A DNA stretch of 64,000 bases from Nitrospirota bacterium (lineage in GTDB: Bacteria > Nitrospirota > Thermodesulfovibrionia > Thermodesulfovibrionales > SM23-35): contig JBFLWW010000006.1 of assembly GCA_040757475.1 (NCBI GenBank), forward strand, positions 622-64,621. Direction: 5' to 3'. Numbering within the stretch: the first letter of the stretch is position 1; every line of letters starts with the position of its first letter. The translations under genes and the position numbers were made by a program. Shown here piece after piece: positions 25,449 through 34,130 of the stretch. The notes under the pieces are model-generated. The model searched no databases. It worked only from the letters and a program-made list of their open reading frames with translations, and was not told the DNA's origin.

Positions 25449-27608
25449 ATGAAACCCCGTAGGTTTATCATATTTGCATCTATTGGCATTGTCTCAGCCA
25501 TCCTCACAATCCTTATTTACACCCAGAAGATAGATTTCTTTAATGCCATTGACCTTAAGCTTAAAGATGTCAGGTTCAGGACAAGGGGAGATGTAGAGCC
25601 TGACAAGAGGGTCGTTATTGTTGCCATAGACGAAAAAAGCATAAATGAGCTTGGTAGATGGCCATGGGATAGAAGGGTTATCGCCAAACTGGTGGAGAGT
25701 CTTAAATTATATGGTGCCAGGACCATTGCTTTTGATATTGTTTTCTCTGAAACCTCAAATATTGCATCTGACAAAGTTCTTTCAGATAGCATTAAAAAAA
25801 GTGGAAATGTAGTATCAGGCTACTTTTTCAGGGGAGAAGGTCCGCCTATGGCGGAAGGGGTGGAGCCTCCAGCCGAATCCCTTGTGTTGTTAGAACAATC
25901 GAGGATAAAGGTCCTGAGAACCAAAGGTAATGTAAACAATATTCCTGTTATCGGTTATCCAACGGTTGAGTTAAACATCCCTATAATTGCAGAGGCTGCC
26001 AGTAGTGCTGGTTTTTTCAATATCATTCATGACAATGATGGAATCCTGAGGTCATCCAATCTTTTGATAATCCACAACGGATATGTTTATCCATCACTTG
26101 CCCTTTCTGCCCTCCGGAACTACCTCGGAAGGGAAATAATCCTTGAAATTGCCCCCTATGGTGTTGATAATCTCCTGATAGGGAATTACCGTATACCATC
26201 TGATGAATCAGGAAGGCTCACCCTTAATTACTATGGCAAGGGGGGAACCTTTAAAAACATCCCTGCCACTGATGTAATCCACAAGCGACTGAAACCCGAC
26301 AGCCTGAAGGATTCCCTTGTCTTTATCGGTCCCACTGAGGTTGGACTTTCTGATTTCCGTGCAACCCCTGTTGACCCTGTGCTTCCAGGGGTTGAAGCAC
26401 ATGCAACAGTCGCATCCATTGTGCTACAGAACAGATTCCTCATAAGGGATGGACGTGTAATAGCACTGGAAATTTTCTTTATTATATTCTTCCCACTCAT
26501 ATTAACCACGCTTTTGAGTTTTATACGCAGGACAATAATAGCGCTCTTGTTCTTTCTAATAACAATAGGGTTTTATCTCCTTGCAAACTATATCTCTTTT
26601 AAGGATTATCTCTTAAATACCTCTGTGCTATTTCCACTTGTTTCCATAACAATATCGTATCTGTGTTCAGAGGCATATAGGAATCTTATAGAAGAAAAAC
26701 AGAGCAGGTTTCTCAAAAAGGCATTCACAAGCTATGTCTCCCCAGACCTTGTTAGTGAGATAATAAAAAGCCCTGATACACTCAAGCTTGGAGGTGAGAA
26801 AAGGGAAATAACGGTTTTATTTTCAGATATAAGGGGCTTCACCTCTGTTTCTGAAAGTCTTACACCAGAGTCCCTTGTTTTACTCCTGAACCAGTATCTG
26901 GGACCAATGACCAATATAGTCCTAAAACACAGGGGAACCCTCGACAAATACATCGGGGATGCCATAATGGCAATATATAATGCACCATTAAAGATTGAAG
27001 ACCACGCAGTGCGTGCCTGTGAAACTGCTGTGGAGATGGTGGATAAACTAAAAGAGATTAATAATACCTTCAGAGAAAAGGACTTCCCAGAAATCGACAT
27101 CGGCATTGGTATGAACACAGGAGATGCAATTATTGGCAATATGGGGACAGATATCAGGTTTGATTATACTGCAATTGGCGACACTGTCAATCTTGCCTCA
27201 AGGCTTGAAGGCTTGAATAAGATTTATGAGACCCACATAATCGTGAGTGAGTTTACAATTAAGCACCTGAAGGACATGGAGACACGGAGACACGGGAATT
27301 CACCGATTCACCGATTCACCGATTCACGTTTCAGGGAGCTCGACCTCATAAAAGTGAAGGGTAAGGATAAGCCGGTTACCATCTATGAGCTTTCCATTAC
27401 TATGGATAAGGCATTAATAAAAAAGTTCGAGGAGGCATTGGGTCTCTACAGGAAACAGTGGTTTAAAGATGCACAGGAGATATTTGCCCATCTTTCTGCT
27501 GAATACGGCGATAAGACTTCAGAAATTTTTGCCGAACGGTGTGCTGAGTTTATGGATAATCCGCCCGGTGCTGACTGGGATGGGGTTTATATAGCAAAGG
27601 CAAAGTGA
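25449..27608 (+). CDS. CHASE2 sensor domain - class III adenylate/guanylate cyclase
   Basis: N-terminal TM, then a CHASE2-like region (VVIVAIDEKSINELGRWPWDR) and a TM cluster. The cyclase core reads EKREITVLFSDIRGFTSVSE...KYIGDAIMAIYNAP...TAIGDTVNLASRLE. Confidence 0.8.
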   Translation: MKPRRFIIFASIGIVSAILTILIYTQKIDFFNAIDLKLKDVRFRTRGDVEPDKRVVIVAIDEKSINELGRWPWDRRVIAKLVESLKLYGARTIAFDIVFSETSNIASDKVLSDSIKKSGNVVSGYFFRGEGPPMAEGVEPPAESLVLLEQSRIKVLRTKGNVNNIPVIGYPTVELNIPIIAEAASSAGFFNIIHDNDGILRSSNLLIIHNGYVYPSLALSALRNYLGREIILEIAPYGVDNLLIGNYRIPSDESGRLTLNYYGKGGTFKNIPATDVIHKRLKPDSLKDSLVFIGPTEVGLSDFRATPVDPVLPGVEAHATVASIVLQNRFLIRDGRVIALEIFFIIFFPLILTTLLSFIRRTIIALLFFLITIGFYLLANYISFKDYLLNTSVLFPLVSITISYLCSEAYRNLIEEKQSRFLKKAFTSYVSPDLVSEIIKSPDTLKLGGEKREITVLFSDIRGFTSVSESLTPESLVLLLNQYLGPMTNIVLKHRGTLDKYIGDAIMAIYNAPLKIEDHAVRACETAVEMVDKLKEINNTFREKDFPEIDIGIGMNTGDAIIGNMGTDIRFDYTAIGDTVNLASRLEGLNKIYETHIIVSEFTIKHLKDMETRRHGNSPIHRFTDSRFRELDLIKVKGKDKPVTIYELSITMDKALIKKFEEALGLYRKQWFKDAQEIFAHLSAEYGDKTSEIFAERCAEFMDNPPGADWDGVYIAKAK
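27275..27330. repeat. Octamer array inside the cyclase gene
   Basis: catggaga cacggaga cacgggaa ttcaccga ttcaccga ttcaccga ttcacgtt. Confidence 0.8.
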
Positions 27609-27616
27609 TAAACTTC

Positions 27617-27871
27617 ACCCTGTTATTGCAATAATCTATATGCCTGAAATTCCTGTTATGGCTAAAATACAATGTTCGCCCCGTTAGATGTTTACTATCT
27701 AACGGGGTTCGAACTCAATCAGACATTTATTCGCAGATGTCACTAAAGGACGTAGATAGAATATCAACGTCCTAAAAGTGAAGTCCTGCTATAATGAACA
27801 AAACTGACATAAATGCCTGATATACCTATATTTAGCCTGTATGATCAAATAAATTTATGCAATAACAGGGT
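27617..27871. repeat. ~255-bp intergenic element bounded by 14-bp inverted repeats (MITE-like), with internal hairpins
   Basis: ACCCTGTTATTGCA at 27617-27630 and its exact reverse complement at 27858-27871. An internal hairpin gttcgCCCCGTTAGAT...ATCTAACGGGGttcgaac lies at 27675-27716. Confidence 0.55.
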
Positions 27872-29092
27872 TCAGATATACTTATCGGTCATCTTAAGCC
27901 TTAATGCCATTTCTTTTAACAGGGAAAGGACAATCCTTGGGTTTTCCCTGAGTATGGTTTCGAAATTATCCTGAGAAATGATTACAAGTTGTGTATCAGG
28001 TTCTGCTACAGTGGCCGTAGCCGTCCTTGGGGCGTTCAGAAGCATTGACATCTCTCCGAAATATTCGCCCTGTTTCATGACTCTTAGAATCTGCTCATTC
28101 TTGCTCAGGGTGACCGAGCCAGAAAGGATGAAGAACATATCCCTTCCCCTGTCTCCCTCTCTAAAAATTATTTCCTCCAAATCATAGCTTTTCCCAAACT
28201 TTTTCATAAGCTTTCTATGCACCTTATCTGATATGGATGTATTAAAGAAAACCTTCTTTAATAACAGGGTGTCCTTCCTTCTTACATTTGCCATAACCTC
28301 TGTCCCAAAAAGAATCACGGAGAAGGAATAATAAACCCACACAAAGAGCACAAAGATTGCCTTTAAAGAACCAAAGGCAAAGCCATAGTGGGGGTTGAAT
28401 GTAAGGAAAAGGGAAAATATAGGTCTCATAATGGACCAAAGGATGGCAATAATCAAGGAGCCAGCTAAAAGATAGCTAAATCTCAATTTTACAGGGGAAA
28501 AGGCAAGATGAAAAAAGGACACAAATACTGTTGTTATAACCAACGGGACAACAATGTTAATAATATCAAGAAAAAGGGGTAGTTTTTTAAAAAATGTGCT
28601 AATAATCATGGAATAAAAGATTTCACTTGCCACAAGAAATACAAATAGAATCAGTATGACCAGCACTGCCAGTGCATCAAGAAGTTTTGCTTTGAGAAAG
28701 GGTATTTCCTCATCTGCCTTGAATATCCTGAAAAATGCACTCCTGAGGGCACCCGCAAGGGGCGTAATTAACCAGAAAAGGGCAATAATACTTAAAACTC
28801 CCCATACACCTTTATGCTGTGAGAGGGAATAAACTTCTTTAGTAATTATCCCGCTAAATTTGGGAAATAGCTGTGAGGTAAGGCTCTCAATTCCTTTAGT
28901 GGCAGCCTCCGATGATATTATATAATTGCCAAGGAGATATACTACAAGCAGTAGTAACGGAATAAGGGCAAAGAAGCCATAGTAGGCAAGGGCTGCTAAT
29001 TTTTCAAAGTTATTGTTCTTTTGAAATGACTTTAAAGACTCTCTGAGTATAAGGAGAGAATCACCTATTTTTTCTCTAAATCCTTTAAGCAT
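27872..29092 (-). CDS. YihY/BrkB-family membrane protein fused to a C-terminal cyclic-nucleotide-binding domain
   Basis: The polytopic N-terminal ~280 aa are YihY-like. The C-terminus FREGDRGRDMFFILSGSV...GEYFGEMSMLLNAPRTATATV is a canonical cNMP-binding motif. Confidence 0.7.
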   Translation of the reverse strand: MLKGFREKIGDSLLILRESLKSFQKNNNFEKLAALAYYGFFALIPLLLLVVYLLGNYIISSEAATKGIESLTSQLFPKFSGIITKEVYSLSQHKGVWGVLSIIALFWLITPLAGALRSAFFRIFKADEEIPFLKAKLLDALAVLVILILFVFLVASEIFYSMIISTFFKKLPLFLDIINIVVPLVITTVFVSFFHLAFSPVKLRFSYLLAGSLIIAILWSIMRPIFSLFLTFNPHYGFAFGSLKAIFVLFVWVYYSFSVILFGTEVMANVRRKDTLLLKKVFFNTSISDKVHRKLMKKFGKSYDLEEIIFREGDRGRDMFFILSGSVTLSKNEQILRVMKQGEYFGEMSMLLNAPRTATATVAEPDTQLVIISQDNFETILRENPRIVLSLLKEMALRLKMTDKYI

Positions 29093-30042
29093 TTCTCTAT
29101 CATTATAGTAGCATCCTTAATACCCTGTTTATCCTCTGCCCCCTCACTTACTGAAAGCGCCCTTTTAAAATATTTCAACGCATCTTCCAGCTCACCCTGC
29201 TTAAAAAGAACATTTCCAATCCCTATTAAATCTATAGCTACCTTCCTGCTTAATCCCAATGACTTATCTGTGGCGAGGGCATCTCTATATGATTTCATTG
29301 CCTCTTCATATTCACCCCTCATTGCCTTTGCCCCTGCAAGGAGCCTGAGGGAATTTGCTATTTCCTCTCTGTCCTCGCAGGCTTTGTTTAACATAAGTCC
29401 TTTGTTGCCAAAGGTTATGGCAGAAGAGGGATCTCCTCTTAAAAGGGCAATCCTACCCTTGAGGTTATAAATCTTTCCTTCCATTGAGCATCTATCATTT
29501 TGACAGAAAGATAATGCTCTATCTACCCATTGAGATGCATACTCATAATTAACATCATCCAGATAAAGCATTGCCTTTATGAAGGCAGCCTCAGATAATA
29601 GTGAATGGTGAATGGTGAATGGTGAATAGTTAAAAAGCTCGTCAATGTGTTTATGTGCTTTATCGCCCTCTCCGAGTTTACGATAGACAATCGCCATATT
29701 AATAAGGTTTATTGCAATACCATCGCTATTTTCAATGGAACGATTAATCATTAGGGCTTCACTATAGAGGTGCAAGGCCTTTTTGTAATCGCCCTTTTTA
29801 AAGGCGGACCCGGCCTTTTGATTAAATTCAATAGCCCTAAGATGTGTATCTGATAATTTCGGAGGCATATGTCCACAGGCAACAGTAAAGAGTAAACAAT
29901 AGACAGTAAGCAGTAAAAGACTGAAGTTGAGAGGTTGAGAAGTTGAGAAATTGAGAAGTCCTATCTTCTTATTCTTATCTTCACACCTTCTTATCTTCTC
30001 ATTTTCTGACTTCTGATTACTTGCTATCATAGCTGTCCACAT
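29065..30042 (-). CDS. TPR-repeat lipoprotein
   Basis: Lipobox LLFTVAC, then several TPR-like repeats (AL.LY.EAL...). The N-terminal ~45 aa are encoded by micro-repeat arrays. Overlaps both neighbouring genes. Confidence 0.65.
   Translation of the reverse strand: MWTAMIASNQKSENEKIRRCEDKNKKIGLLNFSTSQPLNFSLLLLTVYCLLFTVACGHMPPKLSDTHLRAIEFNQKAGSAFKKGDYKKALHLYSEALMINRSIENSDGIAINLINMAIVYRKLGEGDKAHKHIDELFNYSPFTIHHSLLSEAAFIKAMLYLDDVNYEYASQWVDRALSFCQNDRCSMEGKIYNLKGRIALLRGDPSSAITFGNKGLMLNKACEDREEIANSLRLLAGAKAMRGEYEEAMKSYRDALATDKSLGLSRKVAIDLIGIGNVLFKQGELEDALKYFKRALSVSEGAEDKQGIKDATIMIEKCLKDLEKK
29594..29628. repeat. Heptamer array inside the TPR lipoprotein gene
   Basis: gataata gtgaatg gtgaatg gtgaatg gtgaata. 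Confidence 0.85.
29883..30021. repeat. Three consecutive micro-repeat arrays (7-, 8- and 7-nt units)
   Basis: cagtaaa gagtaaa caataga cagtaag cagtaaa; then gttgagag gttgagaa gttgagaa attgagaa; then ttcttat tcttatc ttcacac cttctta tcttctc attttct gacttct gattact. Confidence 0.8.
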
Positions 30043-30979
30043 TTAATGTCTTTTCCTCAGACGCTTTTATATATGAGCGTATGGGCCATATCTTCTTCAC
30101 TGAATCAACAACCTCCTTTGTGCTATCAGCTACATCGCCTGCTTTTTCAACAATGGATGGAACCTGTGGCGCAGACCTCTCTACTGCTTTTTTGATCTCT
30201 TCTGTCGTCGTTTCGATATTCTTCAGACTCTTATTTGCTATTTCCACCATATGAGGAATGTCTCTGTCAATTTTCTTTATTACATTGTCTACAGTGGTAA
30301 TTGTCTGTTTTGTTGAATCGAGGAGAAAATCTATTTTTGTAACAGTCACGTTCATATTCTTCTCTGCATCCTGAAGCAGGGTGTCAAGATGCTGTCTTGT
30401 AGTGGATACATCTTCTGATAGCTCTCTGAGATTCTTCAGGGTCTGTTTAATGTCACCTTGTGGGTCATTGACATAATGGATTATCTGTTTTATATCTGTA
30501 AGGACAGGTTTAATTTCATCTTTTAACTCTTCAGCCATCTCGCTGAGCCCCTTTGCCCTTTCAAAGGCAATTATACCATCTTCTGGAACCTGCCTTGCAT
30601 CCGCTGAGCCAGGTGTTATCTCTATAATACTATCGCCTATCACTCCTTCCTTTATCAGTCTTGCCTTTGAGTCTGTCTTTATCCATTTCATGTATTTAGT
30701 ATTTATGGATAACTCTACCTTTACCCTTGCGATGTCATCCAGTGATAACCCCTCAACCTTGCCTATCTTAAATCCACTGAGTTTTATTGCCATGCCCTCG
30801 TTTATACCCTGCCCACTATCAGCTATAAAATATATCCTCGTTTTAGGGGTAAATACATCATGTTGTATTCCTATAAAGGCAATCACCGTAAAAACGCCGA
30901 TAATTGCTATGATGATAAATAGCCCTATCTTCTTTTCAATACCTATAAATCTTTGATCCGTCTCTTCCAATATCCTCAT
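30017..30979 (-). CDS. mlaD: MlaD/MCE-domain protein with a long C-terminal helical region
   Basis: N-terminal TM followed by an MCE-like core (GMAIKLSGFKIGKVEGLSL). Sits in an operon with mlaE-like and mlaF-like genes. Confidence 0.7.
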   Translation of the reverse strand: MRILEETDQRFIGIEKKIGLFIIIAIIGVFTVIAFIGIQHDVFTPKTRIYFIADSGQGINEGMAIKLSGFKIGKVEGLSLDDIARVKVELSINTKYMKWIKTDSKARLIKEGVIGDSIIEITPGSADARQVPEDGIIAFERAKGLSEMAEELKDEIKPVLTDIKQIIHYVNDPQGDIKQTLKNLRELSEDVSTTRQHLDTLLQDAEKNMNVTVTKIDFLLDSTKQTITTVDNVIKKIDRDIPHMVEIANKSLKNIETTTEEIKKAVERSAPQVPSIVEKAGDVADSTKEVVDSVKKIWPIRSYIKASEEKTLNVDSYDSK

Positions 30980-31001
30980 AAATAAACCCCCATCCCCTAA
31001 C

Positions 31002-31649
31002 TTAATTACTCAATCTTAGTATCTGATCTGCCTTTACACTGTCTATGGATAGTGCATTTGAGCTTATATAGATAGATGTCCTACCCGGCTTTTCTAAATG
31101 AAATTTTTCAGTCAATTTTGTTAACCTCTCTAACATCTCAGGATTTAACCCTTCAAATATAGAGTCATATATTATCAAATCAGGCTCTATGAGCATTGCC
31201 CTTACAAGCCCAATCAATCTTTTTTCATAAACTGGTAATGGTCCGGGGAGCCTCCCCATTAATTCCTTGAGATAAGAGGGATCCATCCCCATCTCTTTAA
31301 ATATTTCAATAACCCTTTCCTCAACATCCCTTGGTCTCTTTCCCATGTGATGCCATACAGAAAGTATAATGTTCTCCCAGACCTTCAGGTTGCTGATTAT
31401 CCCACCATACTCCAGAACCACACCAATTCTCTTAAGGACTTTAATATACTCCTTTTCAGGGATAGAATATATGTCCTTGCCCAATAGAAAAACCCTGCCA
31501 CTTATTGGCCTCCTGATCCCCAAAATCGTATTCAATAATATTGTCTTTTCATCGTCTGAGCTTGTAATAATCTTACATGCAGAACCTCCTTTTATCTCAA
31601 AGGACACTGAACTAAAATACCTCGTAGTAATATTTTCAAGCCGTATCAT
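31002..31649 (-). CDS. MlaF-like ABC nucleotide-binding protein with degenerate catalytic motifs
   Basis: ABC-ATPase layout, but Walker A reads TSSDDEKT, the signature reads LPVYE, Walker B reads LIIYDS, and the H-loop His is absent (IYISSN). Confidence 0.6.
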   Translation of the reverse strand: MIRLENITTRYFSSVSFEIKGGSACKIITSSDDEKTILLNTILGIRRPISGRVFLLGKDIYSIPEKEYIKVLKRIGVVLEYGGIISNLKVWENIILSVWHHMGKRPRDVEERVIEIFKEMGMDPSYLKELMGRLPGPLPVYEKRLIGLVRAMLIEPDLIIYDSIFEGLNPEMLERLTKLTEKFHLEKPGRTSIYISSNALSIDSVKADQILRLSN

Positions 31650-32425
31650 ATAAATGATATAACAGTAATCATACCATCAAATATAAAAACTAAAAACAGG
31701 CTCTGCATAACTGCCCTCGTCGCTGCCTGTGGTATTTCCGTTATAGACGACTGCACACTAAATCCCTGATAGCAGGAGACCGTTGAAATCAGTAATCCAA
31801 ATACAAGGCTTTTAAACAGAGAGACCACTACCTCAAAAAGGCTCAGGGCTGAAAATATACCCTTGAGATGTTGAAAAAACGGGATATCTATGAATACAGA
31901 TGTGAATGCCAGTCCGCCGGCAATGGCCATTATCTGAAAATAAAATGTGAGTATAAATACAGATACCGTGATTCCCACTATTCTTGGAACAATAAGGTAA
32001 TCTATCGGGTCAATACCCATGATTCTAAGGCTATCTACCTCTCTATTTACCTTCATCGAACCGAGCTCTGCCGCTATGGCAGTGCCACTCCTCGCTATGA
32101 CTATTATGGCTGCAAATAAAGGGCCGAGCTCCCTTACCACCGTCCATATCAGTATCCTTCCTGTAAGCACAGCATTTAAACCAACAATATTCGCTACCTG
32201 GGTAATAATAACGATTCCTATGAGTGTTCCGATTATGGCTATTTTGCTCAATGCCTCTATGCCTGTAAAATATATTTGTCTGTAGAGAACTGAACGAATT
32301 GGGGCTATGTGGAGCACCGGAATATTTTTTATGGAATAGCATAATAATTCATAGTAGCCCCTTGAATATCTAATGGCATCAATGATATTCCTTCCAATTT
32401 TCTGGATATTGATAATCTGTATCAT
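31646..32425 (-). CDS. mlaE: MlaE-family ABC permease
   Basis: 259-aa polytopic protein with ...GPLFAAIIVIARSGTAIAAELGSMKVNREVDSLRIMGIDP..., as in the MlaE/YrbE family. Confidence 0.8.
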   Translation of the reverse strand: MIQIINIQKIGRNIIDAIRYSRGYYELLCYSIKNIPVLHIAPIRSVLYRQIYFTGIEALSKIAIIGTLIGIVIITQVANIVGLNAVLTGRILIWTVVRELGPLFAAIIVIARSGTAIAAELGSMKVNREVDSLRIMGIDPIDYLIVPRIVGITVSVFILTFYFQIMAIAGGLAFTSVFIDIPFFQHLKGIFSALSLFEVVVSLFKSLVFGLLISTVSCYQGFSVQSSITEIPQAATRAVMQSLFLVFIFDGMITVISFI

Positions 32426-32576
32426 AAGTAAATTCTATCATAATCAGATAATTTTGAATGGGCAATGAATCCGATAATTTTTAATATTCAAGGATTTTTT
32501 GGAATTTGATAGAATAATTTGATAGAGTAAGAATAAAATGTAACTCAGAATACAATATATTGGGTTGGATTCTGAA

Positions 32577-33278
32577 ATGGGAAAAGATACCAACAGGGCG
32601 TTGATAGAAGGATTCCTTAAAGAACTCCCTATTTTTAAACACCTATCAGAGAAGCACTTAAAACAGCTCTCGGGGGATTTCATTGTTTGTCAGGTAAAGA
32701 AGGGAGAGACCATATTTTATCAGTCAGACGATAGTACCGACCTTTACATAGTTCTTGAGGGTGCAGTGAGGGCATCCCTTTTGAACCAAGATGGACAGGA
32801 ACTAATACTTGCAACCTTTCACAAGGGTGACTTCTTTGGTGAGATGAGCCTCCTTGATGGCAAGCCGAGGTCTGCCACGATGATAGTGGTGGAGGATTCA
32901 ACACTCGGTATACTAAAACGGGATAGATTTCTCCTCGCAGCCAAAAATGACCCGACGATTACCATTGACCTGCTCTCGGCCCTAGTGCGGAGACTGAGGA
33001 TGACAGATGAGATGGTGGAGTCCCTCGCTTTCCTCGATGTGAGCCAGAGGCTCGTAAAACTGCTATTACAGATTGCAAAGACAGAAGGCGAAAAGGATAA
33101 AAACGGGTTTTTCAGGATAAAAAAGCTTACCCATAGAGAACTGGCAGCACACACAGGGGCATCAAGAGAGGCGATATCCAAGGCACTAAAGGTTCTCGCC
33201 TTTAGAGATATTATAAAAGTGGAAGAGGGTTGCTTTTTGATTTCTTCAGATGCAGAGAGGATAAAGGGGCTTATGTGA
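32577..33278 (+). CDS. Crp/Fnr-family transcription regulator (cNMP-binding domain plus HTH)
   Basis: GDFFGEMSLLDGKPRSATMIV is the cNMP domain. HRELAAHTGASREAISKALKVL is the HTH. The track ORF starts at TTG 32565; the ATG is at 32577. Confidence 0.8.
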   Translation: MGKDTNRALIEGFLKELPIFKHLSEKHLKQLSGDFIVCQVKKGETIFYQSDDSTDLYIVLEGAVRASLLNQDGQELILATFHKGDFFGEMSLLDGKPRSATMIVVEDSTLGILKRDRFLLAAKNDPTITIDLLSALVRRLRMTDEMVESLAFLDVSQRLVKLLLQIAKTEGEKDKNGFFRIKKLTHRELAAHTGASREAISKALKVLAFRDIIKVEEGCFLISSDAERIKGLM

Positions 33279-33372
33279 GTTTTCACTTGACAGGTGATAC
33301 TATTAATGCTATTAAATTAAAAGATATGAAAATTCTGGTAGGGCATCAAAAAATCAGAAAGGAGGAATGTAC

Positions 33373-34128
33373 ATGAAAGTCCTTAAGGGTTGGGGCATGG
33401 CATTTTTATTATCTTTTATCTTAATTCCTCAAGTCGCCTCAGCAACAGGGCTTGAGGCAGCTATTGGCTTATGGAATCAGGACCCTCAGGGTGATATAGC
33501 ATATAAAGGGGCAGCCCTGAGCCTTGAGAATGATATGAAATATAGCGAAAAAACGAGGTTTTTTGGCAGGGCAAAGATTGACATGCCGCTTATTATCCCA
33601 AACATTTACCTTATGGCAACACCTATGAAGTTTGATGGGACTGGAAGCAAGGATGTCAATTTCACCTTCGGAGATAAGACCTTTACATGAAACGTCGATT
33701 TTACCTCGGAGCTCAAGGTCAATCACTATGATATAGCATTCTATTATGGTTTGCCTTTTGTAAAAACAGCCACTTTGGGGAAACTAAATGTAGATGCAGG
33801 ATTAAATTTGAGGATTACAGACCTGAAGGCTGAAATTACACAAGCATCCACATATGAATCTAAAAGTTTTACGCTACCTCTGCCAATGGTCTACCTGAGT
33901 GCACAGGTAAAACTAATAGATAAATTATCCCTTGAGGCGGAAATTCGTGGTATAGCATATAGCTCCAACCACTACTATGATTTAATCGGAAGGGCTAAAT
34001 ACAAGGTTTTTGGTCCGGCCTTTCTCGGCGCAGGTTACAGATATGAAGATATAAAAATTGACTACAAGGATGTTAAGGCAAATGTCAGGTTTGGGGGACC
34101 CTTTGCAGAAGTGGGGGTTGAGTTCTAA
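33373..34128 (+). CDS. Outer-membrane beta-barrel protein interrupted by one in-frame TGA (33688-33690)
   Basis: ORFs 33367-33690 and 33751-34128 share one frame, and the 60 nt between them contain no further stop. Signal peptide ...QVASATG. Alternating beta-strand pattern with a terminal ...AEVGVEF (C-terminal Phe). Confidence 0.55.
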
Positions 34129-34130
34129 AA

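Noticed and set aside
19762-33690. Two in-frame TGA codons considered as evidence of UGA reassignment or selenocysteine
   Set aside because: TGA terminates well-supported genes here (cobD 5272-5274, hmcE-like 10969-10971, hmcA-like 13992-13994). No SECIS-like hairpin is obvious downstream of either site, and one case sits in a clearly decayed region.
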